Shown here piece by piece: positions 30,304-40,202 of a stretch of 64,000 nucleotides of DNA. The stretch is from Chamaesiphon sp. Its GTDB lineage: Bacteria > Cyanobacteriota > Cyanobacteriia > Cyanobacteriales > Chamaesiphonaceae. The notes below the pieces were generated by a model, which was given only the letters and a program-made list of their open reading frames with translations, did no database searches and was not told the origin of the DNA. The stretch's first letter is position 1, and each line of letters begins with the position of its first letter. The DNA is taken from the NCBI GenBank assembly GCA_965246715.1, contig CBDFFH010000009.1:95239-159238 (forward strand), written 5' to 3'. Position numbers and translations under genes: made by a program.

Positions 30304-30822
30304 CTATTGAGGCGGTGGCATGTGATAGTCCGGCGTTGATGATAACGTGCTCATAGCGCAGAACCATTTGCCAAAAGTATCTTGCACGCACGTACCAATG
30401 CTTTCAGGTACGCGCGAAATCGTGCAGTTCTGTCCTGCTTTATGCACATTGTCATCAATGTTATAACAGCGGTATTGAACTACGCTGCCTTGGAGATCGT
30501 ATACAGGCTTGGTTGTATCGATATTGGTGAAACTTCGGAAATCGTTACTATTAACCTGACGCGGTTTTGCAACTTGCAGACTGAGGATATCAATAAAGAG
30601 TGTTTCGTAATTTGCGTGGTATCCATCACTTTCTGTATGACAAGCAGCATAAATTGCGGCCTGTCTAGCACTTATGGCACCTCGTGTTGGTGCCGTTCTC
30701 GATGGACAAGTCCGAGGTTGGCGGTTGGTACCAATGTTGCGAGCTTGAGCGGTGAGGATGTAGGGATTTAGTAGTGTCAGCAGTGCACAGCCGACGATCG
30801 CGAGCGTGAGTCTTAATTTCAT
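30304..30822 (-). CDS. Secreted Cys-rich hypothetical protein, paralog 1
   Basis: Shares MK.R.TLAIVGCALL, YDLQGSVV and CVQDTFGKWFC with its neighbour. Confidence 0.8.
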   Translation of the reverse strand: MKLRLTLAIVGCALLTLLNPYILTAQARNIGTNRQPRTCPSRTAPTRGAISARQAAIYAACHTESDGYHANYETLFIDILSLQVAKPRQVNSNDFRSFTNIDTTKPVYDLQGSVVQYRCYNIDDNVHKAGQNCTISRVPESIGTCVQDTFGKWFCAMSTLSSTPDYHMPPPQ

Positions 30823-30942
30823 ATCTTGGATGCTTTATAGAGTTTGCGTAAATGCCAAACAGTGGCAATGGAATCAACGATACTAAGATCGATCGTTGGT
30901 AGAGATGCTTAAAATAAGCGATCGATTATCTCTATACGATCG

Positions 30943-30970
30943 ATTCATGCAAGCGTATTGCTGTTTATGC
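30943..30970 (-). promoter_or_regulatory. Putative alternative-sigma promoter GCATAAAC-N16-GAAT
   Basis: GCATAAAC AGCAATACGCTTGCAT GAAT upstream of 30822. Confidence 0.65.
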
Positions 30971-31012
30971 GATGGGTGAAGATTATTAATATTTCTTAAT
31001 AGTTATTGGAAT

Positions 31013-33823
31013 TTAGGGATTATTATTTCTGATTACTAATGCTTTAATTTTGGGATCGTTCATTAACTTTTGAGTATCAGCGAGCAATCGATCGCCCCAA
31101 TTTTGTTCTTTGAGCGATTGAATATTTATATCACGAGAGACTGAGAGCGCACGCTCGGCATTAGCATAAGCTTGAGTTTTTTTTCCTTGGGCGAATAGCG
31201 CAACAGCAAGGGCTAATAGCTCTGAATTTCTGAGCACCTCGTTGCCCCACACGATCGACTGTTGCCAATCTTTTATGGCTTTATCGCGATCGCCCATTTC
31301 ATAGTAAATATGCCCCCGATTGATATAAGCCTCGTCAAATCGGTCTTGAAGTGCGATCGCCTTTGTATAGTCAATTAGGGCTTGCGAGTACTGTTTTTGG
31401 AGGCGGTAGATATTTCCCCTATCGAAGTAATGACTGGCAGTTTTGGGGTCGAGTCGGATTACTTTTGTATAGTCAATTTGTGTTTGTGAGTATTGTTTTT
31501 GCAGGCTATAGAAATAGCCTCGACTATGGTAGGCATCGACATTTTGGGGATCGAGTTGAAGTGCTTTGGCATAGTCAGCTAATACTTGTGAATCTTGTTG
31601 GTTATTTTTGGTATAGCTAGAGCCAAGTTGCCGTTGCTGTAATTCTATATGCATACGGTAAAAATTACCTCGATTGATGTATGTATCTGCATTTTGAGGT
31701 TCGAGTTCGATCGCTTTGTTGAGGTCAGCTAATGCTTGCGGAAATTGTTGTTGGTTGCGATAGATATTGCCCCGATTGATATAGGCATCTGCATTTTGGG
31801 GATCGACTTGGATCGCTTTGTTAAAGTCGGCTAGTGCTTCTGGGTATTGATTATAACGATCTCGGTAGAAAATCCCCCGCTGGATGTAGGCATCGGCGTT
31901 TTGAGGATCGATTTGAATAGCTTTCTTGAGATCGTCAATATCGCCAAGAAATAACGCACGACTGATGTAAGCATCGGCATTTTGGGGATCGATTTGAATC
32001 GCTTTATCAAAGTCAGCTCGTGCTTGCAAGTATTTGTTTTGTAAGCTATGGATATTCCCGCGATTTATATAAGCATATGTATCTTGAGAATCGATTTGGA
32101 TCGCTTTATTAAAATCGGTTAGTGCTCGTGAATATTGTTTTTGTAATTGGTACAGTTGACCACGATTGATATAAGCACGTGTATTTTGAGGATCGAGTTG
32201 AATTGCTTTATTAAAATCGGTTAGTGCTTGTGGATATTTTTTTTGTAGGCGATAGAGATTTCCTCGCTGATTGTAGGCAGAGATATTTTGCAGATCGAGT
32301 TGGATTGCTTTATTAAAGTCTGCTAATGCTTGTGGATAGTACTTTTGTAAACTGTATAATTCGCCGCGATTGATGTAAACAGATATATCTTGAGGATCGA
32401 GTTGGATTACTTTATTAAAGTCTGCTAGTGCTTGTGGATATTGTTTTTGTAGGCCGTAGATATGCCCTCGCTGGTTGTAAGCAATAGTATTGTTAGGTCT
32501 ATCTTTAATAAATCGATCGGTTGCGACGATCGCTTCTGAATACCGTTTGAGATGTTGTAAAATTATCCCTTTTATCATGTACAGCGAGCTATTATTCGGC
32601 TTTAACTCGATCGCTACTTCTATCGCCTTCAAGGCCTCAATATTTCGGTTTAAGCCTCCTAGATACCCAGCTAGACTACGCCATGCAGGCATAAATGTAT
32701 GATCGACCTTAGTAGCTTGTTGAAAGGCAATCACAGCTAGCTGCTCTTGTTTAGATTGCCTATACCCAAGCACTAACCCCCGACCATAATAGGCAAGTTT
32801 GAGTTGGTCTCGATCGGGTGTAGGGGTAGATTTTAATAATCCGATCGCGCGATCGAATGCGGCAACTGATTCCTGAGTTTTATCACTCCGCCATAAGAGA
32901 TTGCCATAATCTAACCATTCCCTAGCCGTCGCAGTTCGACTCGGAGAAGATAGCGTTGCTAATAGATTCTGTTTGATTTCCGCTGTCTGTGCTGAAGTTA
33001 TTGCTAGTGTTGGAGTTAAATCGCTTGGCAATGACGGTAGTTCTGTTTTCACCACTCTCAGTAGAGTAGAAATCGGCACGCCTAGAGCATGACCAGAATT
33101 AATTTCCGTGTATCGACCTCCATCGATTATTTCAGCTTCATTTTCTGCCGCAGTATTAATCCCTACCAGCCTTCCCTGTGTATCCAGTACAGCACCACCA
33201 CTCATCCCTGGCAATGAGAGATTCGTATATAACAAATCGTATCCTCGATCGAGATTTGAGCTAAAGATAGCTCTGAAGTCATTCAAGTTGCGATCTGCGA
33301 AGGTACGACCGATGCTCAAATACCTTGTTTTACTGGGATCTCGTCCCGGAAATCCACTCACGAATACCCATTTATCCCGATTAAATCGATCGTTACCAAT
33401 TTTAGCGACTCGATAATTTTGGTGGGATTTAAATTTAACGATCGCTACATCCGTCCCTGGTTCGGGGACGATAATCTGCTTGACGGCAACTCGTTCTCTA
33501 GTTGGCGTAACGATCGAATACCCTTTTCCTGTAACTACATGCGCCGCAGTCGCCACGTAGTAAGTATTTCCCGTTCTGGCGATGATGACTCCCGAACCAT
33601 TGCCCTGACTATTTTCGATTCTCACCGTGATCTGTTGGGCGATATCATCTACCCGTTTGACAACTCCGGTGTAGTTATTTTTTCGCGCTAATTGCGGCGG
33701 AAAGGATCGCGATCGCGCATCGATTCGAGCTGGAGCTGTTGTGAGTAGGGCAAGTGACAAAGTTGGGTGATAGCCGATCGACAATAGCGATAAAAATGAG
33801 ATGAGAGCTAAATATTTTTTCAC
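31013..33823 (-). CDS. Secreted trypsin-like protease plus TPR array
   Basis: Start reassigned to GTG at 33823 (VKKYLALISF signal peptide); TAAH, DVA, GMSGG; many 34-aa TPRs. Confidence 0.88.
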   Translation of the reverse strand: MKKYLALISFLSLLSIGYHPTLSLALLTTAPARIDARSRSFPPQLARKNNYTGVVKRVDDIAQQITVRIENSQGNGSGVIIARTGNTYYVATAAHVVTGKGYSIVTPTRERVAVKQIIVPEPGTDVAIVKFKSHQNYRVAKIGNDRFNRDKWVFVSGFPGRDPSKTRYLSIGRTFADRNLNDFRAIFSSNLDRGYDLLYTNLSLPGMSGGAVLDTQGRLVGINTAAENEAEIIDGGRYTEINSGHALGVPISTLLRVVKTELPSLPSDLTPTLAITSAQTAEIKQNLLATLSSPSRTATAREWLDYGNLLWRSDKTQESVAAFDRAIGLLKSTPTPDRDQLKLAYYGRGLVLGYRQSKQEQLAVIAFQQATKVDHTFMPAWRSLAGYLGGLNRNIEALKAIEVAIELKPNNSSLYMIKGIILQHLKRYSEAIVATDRFIKDRPNNTIAYNQRGHIYGLQKQYPQALADFNKVIQLDPQDISVYINRGELYSLQKYYPQALADFNKAIQLDLQNISAYNQRGNLYRLQKKYPQALTDFNKAIQLDPQNTRAYINRGQLYQLQKQYSRALTDFNKAIQIDSQDTYAYINRGNIHSLQNKYLQARADFDKAIQIDPQNADAYISRALFLGDIDDLKKAIQIDPQNADAYIQRGIFYRDRYNQYPEALADFNKAIQVDPQNADAYINRGNIYRNQQQFPQALADLNKAIELEPQNADTYINRGNFYRMHIELQQRQLGSSYTKNNQQDSQVLADYAKALQLDPQNVDAYHSRGYFYSLQKQYSQTQIDYTKVIRLDPKTASHYFDRGNIYRLQKQYSQALIDYTKAIALQDRFDEAYINRGHIYYEMGDRDKAIKDWQQSIVWGNEVLRNSELLALAVALFAQGKKTQAYANAERALSVSRDINIQSLKEQNWGDRLLADTQKLMNDPKIKALVIRNNNP

Positions 33824-33856
33824 GATCGATGGAGCTAATTTTATTTGAGTAATATA

Positions 33857-34107
33857 ACGTGAGTTCGGGATAAGGATCTTTGCTTCGTTCCAGCACCGCC
33901 TCCGATTGAAATCGGGGCTAGCATTACAAAGTCCGGTTGTTGCCGCGAGCGGCAAAAGCCTGCCTTCGCGGACTAAGATATCAGTCCGCGAAGCGAAAAG
34001 TGCGGTCTTGGGGTTTCCCCAAGTAGAGCACCTTTTCAAGACAGGCGGACTTTGCATCATGAGCCGAGACTTCTAGTCTCTAGGCAATTATTATCCCGAA
34101 CTGACGT
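33857..34107. mobile_element. MITE with IS982-type ends carrying a family-C REPIN
   Basis: TIRs ACGTGAGTTCGGGATAA / TTATCCCGAACTGACGT; 7-bp TSD TAATATA (33850-33856, 34108-34114). Confidence 0.85.
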
Positions 34108-34189
34108 TAATATAGAAATACGGCGATCGATTGGTTAAGCATTACTAAGAATCGATCGATCGATAAGTACGATCTATTTCCAATAAAAT

Positions 34190-37100
34190 TTAGCGATTAC
34201 TTCTACTCATAAATGCCTTCATGTTTGGAGTAGCCATCAACTTCTGAGTATCGGCAAGCAGTTTTTCGCCCCAATTTTGTTCTTTAAGATATTCAATTTT
34301 GGCAAAATTCCGATCTAACCCAATCGCGCCTTCAGCAGCAACATATGCCTGAGCCTGTTGACCTTGAGTGAATAAAGCAACGGCAAGAGCTAACTTTGAT
34401 TCGGCAAATTTAGAGTCGATTGAGATCGACTGCTGCCAATCTTGGATTGCTTTATTTGGTTCGCCCATCTCATAATATATGAGTCCCCGATTATTGTGTG
34501 CGAATAAATTTTGACGATCGAGTTGAATTGCCTTATTGTAGTCAGCTAATGCTTGGGGATATTGTTTTTGGCTTTGATAGACGATTCCTCGATTGCTGTA
34601 AGCATTTGCATTTTGAGGGCTAATTTGAATGACTTTGCTGTAATCGGCTAGTGCCTGGGGATATTGTTTTTGGATAGCATAGATATCGCCCCTGCTGTTG
34701 TAAGCATCTACATTTTGAGGGTTAATTTGAATGACTTTGCTAAAATCAGCTAGTGCCTGGGGATATTGTTTTTGGATAAAGTAGGTAAGTCCTCGAAGAG
34801 AGTAGATTTCTGCATTTTGAGGGTCGAGTTGAATTACCTTGCTAAAATCAGCTAGTGCTTGAGGATATTGTTTTTGCATACTGTAGAAAGTTCCACGAGT
34901 GATGTAGGCTTTTACAGACTTAGGATCGACTTGGATCGCTTTGCTAAAATCGGCTACTGCTTGAGGATATCGTTCTTGCTGAAAATACGTATCTCCCCGA
35001 TAGATGTAAACATTCATATTTTGAGGATCGAGCTGAATCACTTTATTAAAATCCGCTTGTGCCTGTGGATACTGTTTTTGTTCGCGGTACAGATTTCCCC
35101 GATCGCTATAGGCTTTTACAGACTTAGGATTGACTTGGATCGCTTTGTTAAAGTCAGCTAGTGCCTGTGAATACTGTTTTTGGGCAGCATACATACGTCC
35201 CCGATAAATGTATGCACTTACGTTTTGAGGGTCGAGTTGGATCGCTTTGCTATAGTCCGATCGTGCCTGTACATACTGTTTTTGTTCGCTGTACACACTT
35301 CCCCGATCGATGTAAGCCAGTACAGACTTAGGATCGAGTTGGATCGCTTTGTTAAAGTCAGCTAGTGCCTGTGAATACTGTTTTTGGGCAGCATATGTAT
35401 CTCCTCGATCGATATATGCACTTACCTTTTGAGGATCGAGTTGAATCACTTTGCTATAATCCGATCGTGCCTGTACATACTGTTTTTGGGTAGCATACAT
35501 ATCTCCTCGATTGTTATAAGCCTGCACATACTTAGGGTCGAGTTGAATCGCTCTACCATATTCAACTAACGCTTGGGGGTATTGTTTTTGGTTCTGATAG
35601 ACTAAGCCGCGATTATTGTAGGCAAATGCAAATTGAGGGTTAATTTGAATTGCTTTGTTATAGTCAGCTAGTGCCTGGGGATATTGTTCTTGGTCTAGGT
35701 ATACATTTCCCCGATCGTTATAGTTATTTTCGTTTTGAGGGTCGAGTTGAATCGCTTTACCATAATCAACTAACGCTTGGGGGTATTGTTGTTGGTTGCG
35801 GTAGGCAAGCCCCCGATTATAGTAAGCAAGTGCGAGTTGAGGGTCGAGTTGAATCGCTTTGTTAAAATCAGCTAACGCCTGGGGGTATTGTTTTTGGTTG
35901 CGGTAGATGACTCCCCGCGCGAGGTAGCCATATGGATTATTTGGTACGATCGCGATCCCACGATCGATCCAAGTCATCGCTTCGGAATAACGTTTAAGCT
36001 CTAAGAGCGTATATCCTTGCAGTAGGTATAAGGAGGCACTTGGAGGTTTTTTCAACTTAGACTGTAACTCGATCGCTTGCTGGAAGGCACTGACTGCCTC
36101 CGCTTTTCGATCTAGACTCGATAGAGTGAGGGCTAGATCTCGCCATGCAGGTATCGAGTCAGGAGAGATCTTCGTAGCTTGCTCCAGTGCGGTCAGTGCT
36201 AACTTAGTTTGTTTGCTGCCGCGTAAAGCCAATGACCGCCCATAATAGGCAAACCCTAACTGTTGTCGATTTGGGGTGGCATTGTCCTTGAGTAATTTGG
36301 CTGCGCGATCGAATGCGGCAATCGATTCATCACTCTTCCCGCTCCGCCATAACAGATTGCCATAGTCCAACCAGTCCTTAGCACTACTTTTTTGACTGGG
36401 AGTAGCTAGTGCTGCTAATTGGATGCGGCTAATTTCTGCCTCTTCGAGCGTAGTCAGTGTAGGAGTCTGGACTAAATCCTCTTGCCATGATGGTAGTTGC
36501 GGTTTGAGGACTCGTCGCACTGTGGCAATCGGTACCCCAATCGCCAATCCCGTATTAATTTCTACTTGCTCTCCCTGTTCGCTAACATCACTGTCATTAT
36601 CGGCTCTGCCAGCAATCCCCACCAGTCTGCCTTGTGAATCCAGCACTGCACCGCCGCTCATCCCTGGCAATGACAGATTCGTGTATAACATCTCATATCC
36701 GCTGCTGAGAATTTCACGCTCTTTAACTACCACTTCGTTAAGATTTTTGTCGAGATTAGCCAGATTACCGATACTCAAATATCGTTGCTTGCTAGCATCT
36801 TTAGCTGGAAATCCACTCACGAATAACCGAATCCTAACACCTGCCCTGGATGGATCTTTCCCGATTTTGGCAAGCTGATAGTTTTGAGAGGATTGAAATT
36901 TAACGATCGCCACGTCCGTCTCTTTTTCGGGAATGATAATCTGTTGAGCGGTAACTCGTTCTTGCGTTGGCGTGATAATTGAATATCCTTGTCCATTCAC
37001 CACATGCGCCGCCGTTGCGACATAGTAAGTATTTCCCTGTCTGGCAATAATCACCCCCGAACCATTGCCTTGACTATTTTCGATTCTTACCGTTATCTGT

Positions 37101-37963
37101 TGGGCGATATCGTCAACTCTTTTGACAACACCTGTATAGTTAGTTTTTTTAGCAACCGTCGTTGGCGATGACGGGCTAGATTCGGCTGAAGATTTGGGTA
37201 AAAAAGCTTGATATTGTGAATTAATCTGCGCTAGTGTCGCGATCGGAATGGCAAAACTCGACTTTCGCAGTTGTTGGATGAGGGCTGCTTCTGGGCGACT
37301 ACCGTCTTGATATTGGTAAACTTGGTTGCGAATCGGTTCGGAGCCAAACCCGATAATCCCCAGTAGTTGTCCTTGAGTATTCAATAATGGCCCACCACTC
37401 ATCCCTTGCGCGGTACTAATCCCAAAGCCAATCCGATATCCCCCTTGGAGTGGTTTGGCTGTCAGTAGGGAAATCGTCGATCGATCGATTTTCAGTTGTT
37501 GCTGCTCGAAGGGGAAACCCGCACTATACATCTGCTCGCCTGGTTGGAGTCGATCGCTATCGCCCCATTGGGGAATGGTGTAGCTCTGAGGGGCGGTAAA
37601 TTCTAATAACGCTAGATCGCGGTCTTTACTACCACAAGTGCCTTGAGTCAGCGTTTGGGCGCATTTGGCAGTATGAGTGCGTCCGTCGCTGGTGACGATG
37701 CGGTAGGTATTTGATTTATTGGCAACGTGAGCGTTAGTTAAGACTGTATATTTTTGACCCCGTTTGGCGATGAGTGTCCCCGAACCGCGCCGATCTCCAG
37801 CATAGACTTTAACGGTAATTTGACGCGCGATCGTCGCGGCTGAATCGGATTGTTTGGCGAAGGCTGGGGCTGATGAGGTGCCTAGCAGGGCGAGTGAAAT
37901 AGCTGTAGTTGTGATGCTGCCGATCGAGCATAAACACAGCAATAGAGTTAAAGATTTTTTCAT
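34190..37963 (-). CDS. Secreted tandem trypsin-like protease (two domains) plus TPR array
   Basis: Signal peptide; TNAH/DLA/GMSGGP and TAAH/DVA/GMSGGA; long TPR array. Confidence 0.92.
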   Translation of the reverse strand: MKKSLTLLLCLCSIGSITTTAISLALLGTSSAPAFAKQSDSAATIARQITVKVYAGDRRGSGTLIAKRGQKYTVLTNAHVANKSNTYRIVTSDGRTHTAKCAQTLTQGTCGSKDRDLALLEFTAPQSYTIPQWGDSDRLQPGEQMYSAGFPFEQQQLKIDRSTISLLTAKPLQGGYRIGFGISTAQGMSGGPLLNTQGQLLGIIGFGSEPIRNQVYQYQDGSRPEAALIQQLRKSSFAIPIATLAQINSQYQAFLPKSSAESSPSSPTTVAKKTNYTGVVKRVDDIAQQITVRIENSQGNGSGVIIARQGNTYYVATAAHVVNGQGYSIITPTQERVTAQQIIIPEKETDVAIVKFQSSQNYQLAKIGKDPSRAGVRIRLFVSGFPAKDASKQRYLSIGNLANLDKNLNEVVVKEREILSSGYEMLYTNLSLPGMSGGAVLDSQGRLVGIAGRADNDSDVSEQGEQVEINTGLAIGVPIATVRRVLKPQLPSWQEDLVQTPTLTTLEEAEISRIQLAALATPSQKSSAKDWLDYGNLLWRSGKSDESIAAFDRAAKLLKDNATPNRQQLGFAYYGRSLALRGSKQTKLALTALEQATKISPDSIPAWRDLALTLSSLDRKAEAVSAFQQAIELQSKLKKPPSASLYLLQGYTLLELKRYSEAMTWIDRGIAIVPNNPYGYLARGVIYRNQKQYPQALADFNKAIQLDPQLALAYYNRGLAYRNQQQYPQALVDYGKAIQLDPQNENNYNDRGNVYLDQEQYPQALADYNKAIQINPQFAFAYNNRGLVYQNQKQYPQALVEYGRAIQLDPKYVQAYNNRGDMYATQKQYVQARSDYSKVIQLDPQKVSAYIDRGDTYAAQKQYSQALADFNKAIQLDPKSVLAYIDRGSVYSEQKQYVQARSDYSKAIQLDPQNVSAYIYRGRMYAAQKQYSQALADFNKAIQVNPKSVKAYSDRGNLYREQKQYPQAQADFNKVIQLDPQNMNVYIYRGDTYFQQERYPQAVADFSKAIQVDPKSVKAYITRGTFYSMQKQYPQALADFSKVIQLDPQNAEIYSLRGLTYFIQKQYPQALADFSKVIQINPQNVDAYNSRGDIYAIQKQYPQALADYSKVIQISPQNANAYSNRGIVYQSQKQYPQALADYNKAIQLDRQNLFAHNNRGLIYYEMGEPNKAIQDWQQSISIDSKFAESKLALAVALFTQGQQAQAYVAAEGAIGLDRNFAKIEYLKEQNWGEKLLADTQKLMATPNMKAFMSRSNR

Positions 37964-38083
37964 AAATAGAAATTAGTTTTGAGAGGGAAAAGGGGGAAGG
38001 AAAAAACTAACCTTTCCCCTAAAATCGTTATTTGCTAAATAAATGCTATGCGGACAAATGAATGATAGGTAAGCGATGTAAGT

Positions 38084-38656
38084 TTATTTAGTTTGAGGAG
38101 CAGTCTTTAAAATTGCCGCCATATCTATTTCTACATATACTTGTTGTTCTAAAGAACTATGCTGGATAGGACCAGTAATATAGTTTCCATTCAATGTATC
38201 TTTGAAATCTTGGAGAAATAATAATGGCTTATCACTAGATCGCAACGTCATCAATAGCTGTTTACAAGCACCATTAACTCGATCGGTCGCACAAATTACA
38301 TTGCTTCCGCTCATTTTGCCATTAGTAAGAAATAAGCGATCGGGATTTGCGGCATAAACTGATTGGATGCGCCCAGAAAATTCTTCACATCGTCGTTGTG
38401 GAGTCCAATTTTGATTGATTTGCTTAGTCCATTGAATTATGGCTTTTTTATCTGTACTCGTCCAATAGATGGTCGTTGGGACTCTTTTCTTTAACTGTTC
38501 GTTAAAGCTAGTACCGCAAGTAAATTTTCCAGCCTCAGCTTGAGCGAGAGCGGGTGAATTACTCGTGACTAGCAAGCCACCACTTAAAACAGTAGCAGCT
38601 AAAAATGCGCCATTAACTAGATACATAGAACGAACTAGCAGTGAGTTATTTTTCAC
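38084..38656 (-). CDS. COP23 domain protein
   Basis: FTC...VPTT, WTPQRRCEEFSGR, LTNG...VICA...C..LLMTL. Confidence 0.88.
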   Translation of the reverse strand: MKNNSLLVRSMYLVNGAFLAATVLSGGLLVTSNSPALAQAEAGKFTCGTSFNEQLKKRVPTTIYWTSTDKKAIIQWTKQINQNWTPQRRCEEFSGRIQSVYAANPDRLFLTNGKMSGSNVICATDRVNGACKQLLMTLRSSDKPLLFLQDFKDTLNGNYITGPIQHSSLEQQVYVEIDMAAILKTAPQTK

Positions 38657-38739
38657 GATATTTGAGTTTGTAGTAAATTGGATAACTTTAGTTGTAGCTT
38701 TGAGAGAATGCGATCGAAAAGATGCAGTCGATCGAGATC

Positions 38740-39936
38740 CTACTTGACCGTGGCAACAATCCGGTAGCGTCCGGTTTCCCCAGGTTGAAAGGTTTTGACG
38801 CGAACCATGTAGACTCCATTGCCAGGGAGCGATAGTGAAAGTTTAGCCGTATTATTACGACCGCGCACGCCTTTATTTTCACCAATTTTTTCAGGACTGG
38901 TATCTTCATTGGGGATATAATATAATTCCAAAGAAGGGTCGAGTTTTTCACCAACTATTTCAATATTTAATTTTTGATTGGCTCTTCCTTCAAAAAAGTA
39001 TTGCCGATAGTGGATATTTTTATCATCTACCCGATCGCCTGCCTGGAATACTCCAGAGATCGGTTTACCATTTATTTGCAATAATGTTATCTGTTCCGAT
39101 TTATTGGCATTATCGACGCTAGCAAAATCTGGCGATTTACGCTGATAAGCGGTTAAAAACGAGCGCAGGCGATCTCCAGAAATTGCAATACTGATACTCG
39201 TATTTGTCGGGCCGCCTTCAGTATTTCTGGCATAAATTGCCGTGTTAATACCGATGACTTGTCCTTGGGAATTAATTAGCGGGCCACCTGAGTTACCACT
39301 GTTAATGCGGGCATCATGATAGAGTAAACTTTGCGCTCGATCGATTTTATTGAGTACACCAGCAGTAAAAATATTATCGATGCCAAATGGCGAACCGATC
39401 GCGTAGACGCTTTGCCCGACTTTGAGAGAGTTTTGAGGGGCGAGAGCTAAGTATTTTAAGTTGCTTTGATTGGGGATTTTTATGAGGGCTAAATCTTCAT
39501 TTTGCGAAGCACCCAGGACATTAGCCTTGAGACTCGTACCGTCGGCGAGGGTGATTTGGACGGATGCAACCACTTTGTTGCGCTCATCGTGGACGACATG
39601 CTTATTGGTAACGATTAAGCCATCCTTGCTAATGATAAAGCCACTGCCGATCGTACTCCCCGAAACAATCTTGACTACGGCATCTTTACTGCGATCGAAC
39701 AGTTTGACGCGTACGGTTTCGTCAGTAGTTGTCGAGTTGACAGCGACAGTTCTCAGATCGGCGCGTTCTAGGTTGACTTTGCTAGCTACTGGGATTTTTT
39801 GCAGATCTAAGGTAGTTTGAATCGATCGATCTGCACGAATGCAGCTACAGGCAAGTTGCGTAAATCCAAATGCAGTAAATCCGACTAAAGGAAAGCCGAT
39901 CGCACAGATAATTTTAAGATTATTTTTTAGAGACAT
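38740..39936 (-). CDS. S1C trypsin-like protease with C-terminal PPC-like domain
   Basis: GSGFII, TNKH, DLA, AIGSPFG, GNSGGPL; C-terminal LDPSLEL...GRY. Confidence 0.9.
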   Translation of the reverse strand: MSLKNNLKIICAIGFPLVGFTAFGFTQLACSCIRADRSIQTTLDLQKIPVASKVNLERADLRTVAVNSTTTDETVRVKLFDRSKDAVVKIVSGSTIGSGFIISKDGLIVTNKHVVHDERNKVVASVQITLADGTSLKANVLGASQNEDLALIKIPNQSNLKYLALAPQNSLKVGQSVYAIGSPFGIDNIFTAGVLNKIDRAQSLLYHDARINSGNSGGPLINSQGQVIGINTAIYARNTEGGPTNTSISIAISGDRLRSFLTAYQRKSPDFASVDNANKSEQITLLQINGKPISGVFQAGDRVDDKNIHYRQYFFEGRANQKLNIEIVGEKLDPSLELYYIPNEDTSPEKIGENKGVRGRNNTAKLSLSLPGNGVYMVRVKTFQPGETGRYRIVATVK

Positions 39937-39994
39937 ATCGTTATCTTCATCTGAGTTTGGTTTATCGCTCGGATCGAGTGGTTGGCTGTAATTG

Positions 39995-40022
39995 ATTCTT
40001 ATTACACTAGGGTTTTTTATGC
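39995..40022 (-). promoter_or_regulatory. Putative alternative-sigma promoter GCATAAAA-N16-GAAT (protease/COP23 operon)
   Basis: GCATAAAA AACCCTAGTGTAATAA GAAT upstream of 39936. Confidence 0.7.
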
Positions 40023-40142
40023 AGCTCTAGAAAAAATTTACATTTAGTTACAGGGGAGGAGAAGGGGGAAAGGGGAAAGGGGAAAGGGGGATAATTGGAC
40101 TACACTCGAAGAGGATGCCAGCAGCAGGTATCCGTCCTAGCT

Positions 40143-40170
40143 GCATAAAATCGCCGACTAGCGACCGAAT
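40143..40170 (+). promoter_or_regulatory. Putative alternative-sigma promoter GCATAAAA-N16-GAAT (CHAT-STAND operon)
   Basis: GCATAAAA TCGCCGACTAGCGACC GAAT, 32 bp upstream of the GTG at 40203. Confidence 0.7.
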
Positions 40171-40202
40171 CAACTAGTAAGAACGCGCGGCAATACCCGA
40201 TC

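Noticed and set aside
33824..34060. N-terminal 79 aa of the 1015-aa ORF
   Set aside because: Mostly translated MITE sequence; the signal peptide begins at GTG 33823.
34859..35865. Repeated short + strand ORFs
   Set aside because: Antisense shadows of TPR repeats; most other short ORFs overlapping long genes were dismissed likewise.
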